Origin: an uncultured Clostridium sp.
GTDB lineage: Bacteria > Bacillota > Clostridia > TANB77 > CAG-508
Direction: 5' to 3'
Length of the DNA: 64,000 bases
Assembly: GCA_947648495.1 (NCBI GenBank)
Contig: CANSOA010000004.1
Span: 7,948 to 71,947, forward strand
A model generated the notes under the pieces. The model was not told where the DNA came from. It saw only the letters and a list, made by a program, of their open reading frames with translations, and searched no databases. Of this stretch, positions 44,603 to 56,042 are shown piece by piece. Every line of letters begins with the position of its first letter. Positions within the stretch are counted from its first letter, which is position 1. The position numbers and the translations under genes were made by a program.

Positions 44603-44779
44603 ATTGCCTCCTAAAAAATTATAGTTTTTAAGATTATTTTAATCAATTAATAGTATTATATCGATAGAATGAATTTTTTTCAATAGAATATGAAAAAAAA
44701 TTTTGTGAGTTGTTCTATTGTAAAAAATAAAATTTTGGCGTATGATAAATTTATATTTTTATTTTATGGAGGCAAAAAA

Positions 44780-46066
44780 ATGGATGATTTTAAAGATGGT
44801 TTTAAACAAGCTAATTTTTCAAAACAGAGAAATTTTAGTAAAATTCTGACACCTTTTATTTCTGGTGTCGTAGGGGCTAGCTTAGTAGTTGGCATTTGCT
44901 TTGGGGTTCCTTCTATTAAAACAAAATTGTTGGGAAACCAAGCTTCGAATAATTTTCAAACAAGTACTTCTTCGTCTTTGATTTCAAGCGATTTAGTGGA
45001 TTTGGTCGAATATTCAAACACATCTGTTGCTGTTGCACAAAAAGTATTACCTTCTATTGTGGGAATTAAGATAAAATATACGGTTAATTCTGTATTTGGT
45101 TCTGGTGAATCAGAAGCGACTGGTTCTGGCATTATTATTAGCGAAGATGGCTATATTATTACAAACAATCATGTTGTTTCAACTGAAAGTTCTTCTTCGT
45201 ATTATGCCATTGAAGAAGCTTCTAGCATGAAAGTTAATCTTTATAACGACCCAAAAGAATATGATGCAGAAATTATTGGAACTGATGAATACACTGATTT
45301 GGCTGTTATTAAAATTAACGCGTCTGACCTTACTCCTGCCACTTTAGGCAATTCTGATAATGTACATGTTGGTGAATTTGCGATGGCAATTGGTTGTCCG
45401 CTTGGTTTGGAGAGTACGGTTACTTCTGGCATTATCAGTGCAATTAATCGAACTGTTGATGATGGCGCTGGAACAGAATATACGTGTATTCAAACAGATG
45501 CTGCCATTAATTCTGGAAATAGTGGTGGAGCTTTAGTCAACAGCAATGGAGAAGTCATTGGAATTAATACATTAAAACTTTCTGGAACAGGTGTTGAAGG
45601 TATGGGATTTGCCATTCCAATCAATTCTACAACTGATGTTGTTGACCAACTGATTCAATACCAAACAGTAAAAAGACCATATATTGGTATTTCTGGTGTC
45701 GCTGTGGATGAAGATACCGCCAAAAAATACAATCTTCCAATTGGAGTATATGTTTACACCATAGAAAAAAATTCGCCTGCTGAAAAAGCTGGTTTACAAA
45801 AAGGTGATGTCATTACAAAAATTGAAGGAACAGAAGTAAAAAATATCAATGAATTGAACAAAGTAAAGAATACGCATAATATTGGAGATACCATTACATT
45901 ATCTGTTCATAGAAATGGCGAAGATACTGAATTTAAAATCTCCTTAGAAGAAATGCCAAAGGCGGAGGAAAAAACGGCTACTAATGAAGAAATTGAGGAT
46001 TCGTTATTTAATCGAAATAACAGTCGTCAAAATAGTGGCTCGCTATTTGATTTCTTTAATCAATAA
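44780..46066 (+). CDS. htrA: HtrA/DegP-like serine protease with PDZ domain
   Basis: GSG.I, TNNHVV, DLAV, QTDAAINSGNSGGAL; start set at MDDFK. Confidence 0.93.
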   Translation: MDDFKDGFKQANFSKQRNFSKILTPFISGVVGASLVVGICFGVPSIKTKLLGNQASNNFQTSTSSSLISSDLVDLVEYSNTSVAVAQKVLPSIVGIKIKYTVNSVFGSGESEATGSGIIISEDGYIITNNHVVSTESSSSYYAIEEASSMKVNLYNDPKEYDAEIIGTDEYTDLAVIKINASDLTPATLGNSDNVHVGEFAMAIGCPLGLESTVTSGIISAINRTVDDGAGTEYTCIQTDAAINSGNSGGALVNSNGEVIGINTLKLSGTGVEGMGFAIPINSTTDVVDQLIQYQTVKRPYIGISGVAVDEDTAKKYNLPIGVYVYTIEKNSPAEKAGLQKGDVITKIEGTEVKNINELNKVKNTHNIGDTITLSVHRNGEDTEFKISLEEMPKAEEKTATNEEIEDSLFNRNNSRQNSGSLFDFFNQ

Positions 46067-46074
46067 GAAAATAC

Positions 46075-46104
46075 AACCGCAGACAGAAAATTGTCTGCGG
46101 TTTT
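46075..46104 (+). terminator. htrA terminator
   Basis: aaccgcagaca..tgtctgcggtt followed by T residues. Confidence 0.75.
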
Positions 46105-46258
46105 GTTATGATATTTTAGTTAGTGTAATCTTCTTTGTGGACTTTTTCAGTGTGTTCAATATTTTCAAGTATTGGGAGAAACTTTTTTATTTTTCAAAAT
46201 TTTCTATTTACTTTATTTTTCATTTATTATATAATAAAATTATTGGAGGTAACTATCC

Positions 46259-47287
46259 ATGAAATTAGATAAAAAAGATAATATTAAATTAATGAAAGAA
46301 TGTTGTATTGTAAAAGAAATAGAATTAACGCAAAAAAGATCGGAAAAACTAGCTAATCAATTTCATGAATTACGAAAAGTCGTTAGTAAAACTGAAAACT
46401 TAGATTTTGACGACTTGTATCAAAATTTTGATGACACCAAACCAATCAAAAATTTCTTAACTGATATGCAAAAATCAAGTAAATTTAAAATTACAACAAA
46501 ATATTACAAAAAAGCAACTAATTGTGCCAAAAAATATGTATCTGAAAATAATTTGGGAAAATTAACTTCTCAATTAAAAAAACAATTTTTTGAGGAAAAT
46601 CGTATTAAAAATTTAAGTGTTAGAACTAAAATGGCAAGATATATTGGTGCGTCACTTGCAACTGTTTTGGCTTCTGGAACATTGCTAACCGCTTCTTTGG
46701 CCAATATCAACCAAGTTTCTGAGCAACCAGTTTCAATAGAAAATACCGCTACCCCTATTAATACCGACCAATTACAAAATATTGCCAAAAATTTAGATTT
46801 GCCCAAAACACAAGATTTTACATCACTTTATATCGAGAAATATAGTTCATTCAACCCAGAAAATCCTATTGCTCGTGATACTTTTAAAGCGAATTTAGAC
46901 GAATCGCAGAATTATATTTACAAAATACAAGTTGGTAATGAATATCGTTACGTATCTCATGGAGATTATCCTGCTATGATTGGGGAATATTTAAAAAATA
47001 ACAATATTGAGCCAGAAATAATCTATGACTGCCATTCTTCATCCATTTATTCAACCGATGCAAATGGAGCCATTCAACATTCTTATGATGAATTTGGAAA
47101 TAAAACTAAAACTAAATTAGATTCTGCCATATGCATAAATGGCGAATATATAAAATTATATGATGGTAATAATCCAAAAGATTTACTAAACCCAGAAGTA
47201 CAAAGCTATTCTCCACTTGCTGAAGTACAAAATTATTTACATTCAAAAACTCAAATAGCTGAACATGCAGAATTCGAGGAACGTTAA
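46259..47287 (+). CDS. Hypothetical protein with internal hydrophobic segment
   Basis: 342-aa ORF with ggagg RBS and its own terminator. Confidence 0.7.
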   Translation: MKLDKKDNIKLMKECCIVKEIELTQKRSEKLANQFHELRKVVSKTENLDFDDLYQNFDDTKPIKNFLTDMQKSSKFKITTKYYKKATNCAKKYVSENNLGKLTSQLKKQFFEENRIKNLSVRTKMARYIGASLATVLASGTLLTASLANINQVSEQPVSIENTATPINTDQLQNIAKNLDLPKTQDFTSLYIEKYSSFNPENPIARDTFKANLDESQNYIYKIQVGNEYRYVSHGDYPAMIGEYLKNNNIEPEIIYDCHSSSIYSTDANGAIQHSYDEFGNKTKTKLDSAICINGEYIKLYDGNNPKDLLNPEVQSYSPLAEVQNYLHSKTQIAEHAEFEER

Positions 47288-47333
47288 CCACATAAAATCC
47301 TAGAGACTTTTAAAAAACTCTCTAGGGTTTTTA

Positions 47334-47744
47334 TTATGCCAATTCTATCATTTCCCTATAAACAACCATTTTATCTTTTTCATTTTTATATTTATTTTCC
47401 ATTGGACACATACCTGTTTTATCATTATTTTGAATGTAATCTACCAAATTTTCATATTGATATGGAATCTGATTTTCTTCTAAAACAGAAACGGCGTATT
47501 GACTCATAACATCACTATAAATTTGTCTAACTCCTGCTACTGCTAAAATACTGCTCGCTACCTTTCCAATTACTTTATCAGCAATAATTGCGCCTTGTAG
47601 TGCTTTTGGGTTTTGTTGCAGAATATTTTTAATATCTTGGATTCGATTTTGATAATATTCTTTGATTTCTCCATTTTCGTAACAAACAACTAAGGAAGCA
47701 TTTTTTTGATGTAAAATCTGTTTTATTTCTTCTAATTTAGTCAT
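47334..47744 (-). CDS. DUF1893 family protein
   Basis: ADKVIGK, V.S..A...L, I.N...TG.CPME. Confidence 0.8.
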   Translation of the reverse strand: MTKLEEIKQILHQKNASLVVCYENGEIKEYYQNRIQDIKNILQQNPKALQGAIIADKVIGKVASSILAVAGVRQIYSDVMSQYAVSVLEENQIPYQYENLVDYIQNNDKTGMCPMENKYKNEKDKMVVYREMIELA

Positions 47745-48303
47745 CTAACTGAATTCCTTTCTTAATTTGTTTGGCGATAAATGGCACACAAATTAATTGA
47801 AGCGCTATTCCTGGCAAACCTATTTTCACACTTTCTATCAACGATATTCCATAACTTGGCAAACTCAAAATATCAACTACCAAAAACAATACTGCACCAT
47901 ATAATATTCTTCCTAAAACAATGGTCACTAGGAAAGATACATAGGAATTAAATTTTTTATTCAAAACACTCAACATAACAGCGTAAATAATCAATTCAAT
48001 TAACATATAAGGAAGTCTTGCCAAATTTGGCATTTGAGTTAATAAGAAACTTGCTATTACTGAACTTACAGCTACAACGCTCGAACTTAATGCTCCAAAT
48101 ACCAAAGCTGCGATTAAAACCGCTATGTGCATTGGCAAAAAAGTAGCTCCGCTACTGGCTCCTGCCAATACATGAAAAATGCGTGGCAAAGCGATTCCTA
48201 TTCCACTTAGCAAAACCGTTCCTACGATATATTTTGTCTTTCTACTTGACAGGTTTTGCGCCAAAATATTTTGTTTTTTCACTGTTTTTACTTTTTCCAT
48301 CAT
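47737..48303 (-). CDS. ECF transporter S-component-like membrane protein
   Basis: LP..FH, FLPMH..VL, M..EL..Y, GLPGI.LQ. Confidence 0.75.
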   Translation of the reverse strand: MMEKVKTVKKQNILAQNLSSRKTKYIVGTVLLSGIGIALPRIFHVLAGASSGATFLPMHIAVLIAALVFGALSSSVVAVSSVIASFLLTQMPNLARLPYMLIELIIYAVMLSVLNKKFNSYVSFLVTIVLGRILYGAVLFLVVDILSLPSYGISLIESVKIGLPGIALQLICVPFIAKQIKKGIQLDD

Positions 48304-48327
48304 ACAATTCCTCCTAAATTTTATTTA

Positions 48328-49461
48328 TTATTTTAATAAATCTACAAAATTAGACATGGCTTCTGCTATTTTTAATTGTTGTGGACATACTGCCTCACAA
48401 GATTTGCAGCCAATACAAGCACTTGGTTTTTTATCATCTGGCAAAGCACTAATTGCCATTGGTGCAATAAATCCACCACCTGTAAAGATATGTTCATTAT
48501 ACAATGCTAATATTTTGGGAATATCAATTCCTTTTGGACAATGTGCTGTACAATATCTGCAAGAAGTACATGGCAATGTATTTCCCTGTACCATTTGTCT
48601 GGCTATTTGTAGTAACACATCCATTTCTTGCTTGCTTAATGGTTTATCTTCTTCAAAAGTTTTGATATTTTGTTCTAATTGCTCCATAGTTGACATTCCA
48701 GAAAGCACCATAGTAACACCTGATATGGATTGTAAAAATCGAAATGCCCAGCTTGGAATTGTTTCATCAGGTCTAAGTACATTTAGTTTATTTTCATTTT
48801 GTTCAGAAAGTTTAGCAAGTTTTCCTCCACGTAATGGTTCCATCACCCAAATTGGGATAGAAAGCTGATTTAACAATTCAACTTTAGCTTTTGCATCTTG
48901 AAATTCGTAATCTAAATAATTAAGCTGAATCTGAGCGAACTCCATGTATTGACCATACGCATCCAAAAACTTTTTCATAACTTCTAAGCTTCCATGCACA
49001 GAAAATCCTAAATGCTTAATTCTTCCGTTTTCTTTTTGTTTTAATAAATATTCTAATATGCCATATTTTTTATCCAAATAAGGTTCCACATTTATTTCAT
49101 AAACATTATGAAATAAATAAAAATCGAAATAATCTACTTGACATTTTTCTAATTGTTTTTCAAAAATTTTTTCGACTTTATCCATATTGGACAAATCATA
49201 ACCCGGAAATTTGGTCGCTAGATAAAAACTTTCTCTCGGATATTTTTTCAATACTTTTCCCATAACAAGTTCCGATTCTCCGTTATGATAGCCCCAAGCG
49301 GTATCAAAATAATTAATACCTTTATTGATTGCATATTCTACCATTTTTGCTGTTTCTTCTTCATCAATTGGTGTGTCTCCATTTACGCCTTTGTTCGGTA
49401 ATCGCATAGTTCCTAATCCTAAGTTTGATAATTTTATATCTTGAAATTCTTTGTATAACAT
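48328..49461 (-). CDS. Aldo/keto reductase with C-terminal 4Fe-4S domain
   Basis: GLGTMRLP, YFDTAWGYH, MEPLRGG, CT.CRYC...CP and C..C..CE..CPQ. Confidence 0.9.
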   Translation of the reverse strand: MLYKEFQDIKLSNLGLGTMRLPNKGVNGDTPIDEEETAKMVEYAINKGINYFDTAWGYHNGESELVMGKVLKKYPRESFYLATKFPGYDLSNMDKVEKIFEKQLEKCQVDYFDFYLFHNVYEINVEPYLDKKYGILEYLLKQKENGRIKHLGFSVHGSLEVMKKFLDAYGQYMEFAQIQLNYLDYEFQDAKAKVELLNQLSIPIWVMEPLRGGKLAKLSEQNENKLNVLRPDETIPSWAFRFLQSISGVTMVLSGMSTMEQLEQNIKTFEEDKPLSKQEMDVLLQIARQMVQGNTLPCTSCRYCTAHCPKGIDIPKILALYNEHIFTGGGFIAPMAISALPDDKKPSACIGCKSCEAVCPQQLKIAEAMSNFVDLLK

Positions 49462-49704
49462 ATTATCCTCCCTAAATTATATTTTTCATCTTACTGTTTT
49501 ACTTCAAATAGCATATTTTACTGTTTTTAATATTGTCATAGTACCTCCTTTATTTTATATCACTTATAGTCAGGTATATGTCAATAGTTTTTTGAAAAAA
49601 TCTTAATTTGATTCACATCTCTATTTTGTAAAATAAAAAACAATATTCTAGAATAACTAAAATATCGTTTTTTACATAAATTTTCAAGGATTATTATAAG
49701 AATC

Positions 49705-50100
49705 TTAACAAGAAATTGTCAAAATATTTCCATTGTTATCAAAAATTGCAAATTCATCTTTTCCATAAAAAGTTTTATGAAGTTCTTTTGCTATTTTGGC
49801 TTTGTTTTTTAAGTCATCGTACATTTTTTGAACATTGTCAACCGTTATAAATAGCGTAAATGTTGGTACAATTTGTTGTGTGTTTAAGGTTGGATATTCT
49901 TCAATTAGATTTTTCTGTTCCTGAAGCATAATAGAAATTTTATCCTTACTCAAAATAGCAAAATTCAAAATTTCTCCCTCTTCTGGAACACTTAATATTT
50001 TTTGAAAACCTAATTTTTCTTCATAAAATTTTATTGTTTCTTTTACATTTTTAACCATAATATTTGTTGTTATTGTTTCATACATAATTTTTACCTCCAC
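49705..50100 (-). CDS. VOC/glyoxalase family protein
   Basis: V..V.ETI.FYE.KLGF, TFYG..EF.I.D.NG. Confidence 0.85.
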   Translation of the reverse strand: MEVKIMYETITTNIMVKNVKETIKFYEEKLGFQKILSVPEEGEILNFAILSKDKISIMLQEQKNLIEEYPTLNTQQIVPTFTLFITVDNVQKMYDDLKNKAKIAKELHKTFYGKDEFAIFDNNGNILTISC

Positions 50101-50147
50101 TAAAATTATAAGGAAAAGAATTCAATTTGTATTGTAAAAAATGGACA

Positions 50148-50927
50148 TTACTTATAATTTTCTATTATCTTTAAGGGAGAAATTCCTGTATATTTCTTTA
50201 TTTCTTTTATAAAATGAGATTGATCGTAAAAGCCACAAAAATTAGCAATATCAGCCAAATTCATATTTTTTTCTAGCAATAATGTTAAACATAAATGCAA
50301 CCTAAGTATATTCAATAACACCTTAGGAGACACTCCAAAATTCGCTTTAAACACTCTATATAAATGCCTTTGATTATATCCAAATTGATTGGCAATATTA
50401 ATCACGTTTTGTTCTTTCGGATTGTTATACAAATCTTCTACGATTTTTAGAAATGGCATCTGTGTTTTTCCTTTTATTTTTTCTTGCAAATAATTTTTCA
50501 AACATTCCATTCTTTCATTGGATGTTTTTAGCCCAAATATCTTCTCTAAAGTCATTTCTTTTTCTATTTCTTCAAATGGTATCTCACAATCCATTATTTG
50601 GTCTGCGCCTACCTTAAAAAGCAAATAAAATATACTTGGCTTTAGTCTAACGCCCATATAATCTATCTTATTTTCTAACGCAAATGGTTTTGTCTGCTTG
50701 CTAAATCCTGCAAAACAAATAGTAAAATTGACAAAATCAATTACAATATCAATGCAAGAATCTGGCAAAATGTTGTTTGATATAGACTTATCTAAAATCT
50801 TTTTAGAACGCATCGTCCAAATACACATACAATAATTCTCAAGTTCTTTTATATGATATTCTTTATATTCTATATTTTCATTAAATTCTTGGTCCAATAA
50901 ATAAGGTATTTGCTTAGGATAATACAT
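50148..50927 (-). CDS. AraC-family regulator
   Basis: ILPD.C.DI; R.L.R.F....G.SPK; GFYDQSHFIKE.K...G.SP. Confidence 0.88.
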   Translation of the reverse strand: MYYPKQIPYLLDQEFNENIEYKEYHIKELENYCMCIWTMRSKKILDKSISNNILPDSCIDIVIDFVNFTICFAGFSKQTKPFALENKIDYMGVRLKPSIFYLLFKVGADQIMDCEIPFEEIEKEMTLEKIFGLKTSNERMECLKNYLQEKIKGKTQMPFLKIVEDLYNNPKEQNVINIANQFGYNQRHLYRVFKANFGVSPKVLLNILRLHLCLTLLLEKNMNLADIANFCGFYDQSHFIKEIKKYTGISPLKIIENYK

Positions 50928-51087
50928 ATATTATTTCCTCTCAAAATTATAAGTTTTGTGATATTTTATCATAAAAATAAATATTAATCAATTAGTTAAT
51001 TTTTTAGGTAAAAAAACAAAGCCAAATCATTATTTAACATGACTAGGCTTTGTTTTCGGCTTAATCTAATCTATTTCCTCTTGTCAA

Positions 51088-51594
51088 TTATTTCTTTCGA
51101 GTCAATACAATCCCAACAATTGATATAATAAGGATAATCGGCGCTATCCTAACAAATAGCCATTCAAACGAATGAAAAGCAACTCCTAAAACAGCTTTCT
51201 CAGGCTCATTATAATTCCAATTTAAATAAGGACTTTTTAATAAAATTAAAGAAATAAAAATTACTATTATGATTACACATAATAAAATTAGTATCCAATG
51301 AATTATTTTTCTTTTTGCATTCTTACTTTGCAATAGTTGTAAGTTTATTATCTCTAATTTTTCAGAAATCGCTTTCAAATCATCTACTTTAGATTCTGAA
51401 ATATTTTCTCCAAGCAAAGTGCTTACTGGTGTTTCAAGAACCTCTGAAATCGAGATTAACATTTCTGCATCAGGAACTGACAATCCTTGCTCCCATTTAG
51501 AAATTGTTTGTCTCACCACATTTAGTTTAATAGCAAGTTCTTCTTGTGAAAGTCCTCTTGATTTTCTTACTTGTTTAATATTTTCTTTTAACAT
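51088..51594 (-). CDS. XRE HTH protein with C-terminal TM segments
   Basis: RK.RGLSQEELA..L.V.RQTISKWE.G.S.PD. Confidence 0.85.
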   Translation of the reverse strand: MLKENIKQVRKSRGLSQEELAIKLNVVRQTISKWEQGLSVPDAEMLISISEVLETPVSTLLGENISESKVDDLKAISEKLEIINLQLLQSKNAKRKIIHWILILLCVIIIVIFISLILLKSPYLNWNYNEPEKAVLGVAFHSFEWLFVRIAPIILIISIVGIVLTRKK

Positions 51595-51696
51595 TTTAGA
51601 ACAACTCCTTTCTTTACAAACTATTATATAAAAAATAGGCCGTTGCTACAAGCAATGCTTATTAACATTCAAGGTTTATAGTCATAAAATTGTAAG

Positions 51697-52086
51697 TTAA
51701 CTATTTTGTTTATCTACAAATATAGTTTTAGAACCATCATCAATTTCAAACTTATTGCTATCAATTCTTATATACTTGCTTCCTATTTTGGATTTCAAAT
51801 AAGGAATAATATCTCTGTCATAATTACAAATTGTATTGATGGCAAATATATGATAATTATTAGGATTATTCATATATTCATCATCTTCATTTCCAGCCAT
51901 AAATCTCCAACCACTATCTGGTGTTCCATCAGATGGTTGTTCTCTATACATATAGCCAACCTTAAAACCTTCTTTCGTTATTTTATCAGATACCATACAA
52001 CCTTCCCCATTAGGCTCATTCCAATCAATCAGGTTTTCTATTTTTATTTTTATAAAATCACCTTTTTTCTTATTAAATAGTTCCAT
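51697..52086 (-). CDS. DUF2185 (immunity-protein-like) family protein
   Basis: VGYMYRE, DSGWRF.AG.E..EY, NTI.NYD..I.P.L. Confidence 0.8.
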   Translation of the reverse strand: MELFNKKKGDFIKIKIENLIDWNEPNGEGCMVSDKITKEGFKVGYMYREQPSDGTPDSGWRFMAGNEDDEYMNNPNNYHIFAINTICNYDRDIIPYLKSKIGSKYIRIDSNKFEIDDGSKTIFVDKQNS

Positions 52087-52218
52087 ATTTATAACTCCAA
52101 TCTTTTTACAAATTACTAATTGTCACTTTCATTATAACATTATTCTCAAAAAATGTAAAGTATTTCCACGAACCAAACCCTCCTCAACTTCATACTATGA
52201 CATAAAAGGAGAGATGAT

Positions 52219-54557
<2,339 letters not shown>

Positions 54558-54602
54558 CAATTATAAGCATTTTGGGTAAAATGTAATAAGTTATCTATAA
54601 TT

Positions 54603-54630
54603 ATCCCCCAGTATAACTGGGGGATTTTTC
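54603..54630 (+). terminator. Terminator after the BclB-like gene
   Basis: atcccccag-tataa-ctgggggat followed by tttt. Confidence 0.7.
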
Positions 54631-54724
54631 TAAAGTTAAAAAGAGACTTTGCTATTTATTCAGCAAAATCCTTCTATAAAAACGATGAGTTAAAGGAACG
54701 CCCCTTTAACTCAAAATTCTTAAA

Positions 54725-54800
54725 TGGTTGCGGGAGTAAGACTCGAACTTACGACCTTTGGGTTATGAGCCCAACGAGCTGCCAACTGCTCCATCCCGCG
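54725..54800 (-). tRNA. Initiator tRNA-fMet (CAU)
   Basis: C1:A72 mismatch, GGG/CCC anticodon stem, CTCATAA loop, CCA end. Confidence 0.93.
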
Positions 54801-54802
54801 AT

Positions 54803-55029
54803 ATTTAATTAAATACTGTGCTTTTTTTGTCCCTTTAATGTCCCTTTATCTTGTCATTTTTAATCAATTTTAATCAGTTTTAATCATCGTAAAAGGTTTA
54901 TTAAAAGAACCAGCAAAATATATATTTTTCAATGTTTTTTAGTATTTACAATGGTTTTCGCTTGTAAGCAGAACTTGCTCGAACTCGGCTTATGAGCCCA
55001 ACGAGCTGCCAACTGCTCCATCCCGCGAT
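54803..55029. mobile_element. Degenerate integrative-element scar with duplicated 5' half of tRNA-fMet
   Basis: 40-bp direct repeat 54763-54802 = 54990-55029; internal tgtcccttta x2 and ttttaatca x3 repeats. Confidence 0.6.
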
Positions 55030-55142
55030 TTTCCAATATTAAAATTATAAAACATTTTATCAAATTTGTCAATACTTTTTCCAAATTTTCTTATGTCTTA
55101 TTCTATTATATGCAAAAAAAACAAAAATATGACATCAAACTT

Positions 55143-55658
55143 TTATATCATATCTTTATAACAATATAATATCGGCAAACTAACTATCGCTCCTATCAAT
55201 GCCAGCACCTCAATAATATTCTCAATCTTACTTTTATCTTCCCACTTTAATAATAAACTTTTATAAAAACCAACACCTATACCCCCTCCCAATGTATTTA
55301 AAATTACATCATCAATATCTCCAACACCAATTTTAAACGTAACCTGAATTATCTCAGCGAACAAACTCACAAAAAATACTGCCAAAACATTTTTCTTAAA
55401 ATTTTTCCCTTGACTAAACAAAGCCAAATAAATTCCCAAAGGCACAAATAAAATAATATTCCCCAGCAAATTGCTAACAATAAAAACCTTTGAATTCATA
55501 TTTCTAGACAAAAAATCTATAATCGTGCCAAAAGGCACAAGCTTGATGGTTCTAACATCATGTCTTGCCCTAAATAAAATAGCACATAAAATTACTATAT
55601 AAAGAACAAAAATCAAATATAATAAAATCTTATGCAATATTTTGTATGATTTTTTCAT
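55143..55658 (-). CDS. VanZ family membrane protein
   Basis: LVPF.TI, N..GNI.LF.PLG, E..Q....G..DIDD..LN.LG. Confidence 0.85.
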   Translation of the reverse strand: MKKSYKILHKILLYLIFVLYIVILCAILFRARHDVRTIKLVPFGTIIDFLSRNMNSKVFIVSNLLGNIILFVPLGIYLALFSQGKNFKKNVLAVFFVSLFAEIIQVTFKIGVGDIDDVILNTLGGGIGVGFYKSLLLKWEDKSKIENIIEVLALIGAIVSLPILYCYKDMI

Positions 55659-55677
55659 CCATTTCCCCCCTTTTCTT

Positions 55678-55989
55678 CTACATACCAATTATGTGCTTAA
55701 TCTGATCACCTTTAGTAACAATCAAATAAACTACCAAACAAATTTCCCCAATTAAAATCGTCGGAAATCCAATTGTAAATCTCAATTTCTTGGTTTTATG
55801 GCGAAATTTATACATGCCAGCAATCGTACCAAATCCGCCTCCTAAAAATGTAACCATAAATAATGTTTTCTCTGGTGTTCGCCAATTGCCATACTTAGCT
55901 TGACGTTTGTCCCACCACATGATAAAAAATCCAATGAAATTGATAATGAATAAATAGATTAAAATGTATTTTACTATTTCCAAAAACAT
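55678..55989 (-). CDS. DUF1294 family membrane protein
   Basis: DKR.A....WR.PE.TL, GG..G...GM..FRHKT.K. Confidence 0.88.
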   Translation of the reverse strand: MFLEIVKYILIYLFIINFIGFFIMWWDKRQAKYGNWRTPEKTLFMVTFLGGGFGTIAGMYKFRHKTKKLRFTIGFPTILIGEICLVVYLIVTKGDQIKHIIGM

Positions 55990-56042
55990 TTTTCCATTCC
56001 TTTCGATGTTTTATTGTAAGAGCACGGTATTGCGTGCCCTTA

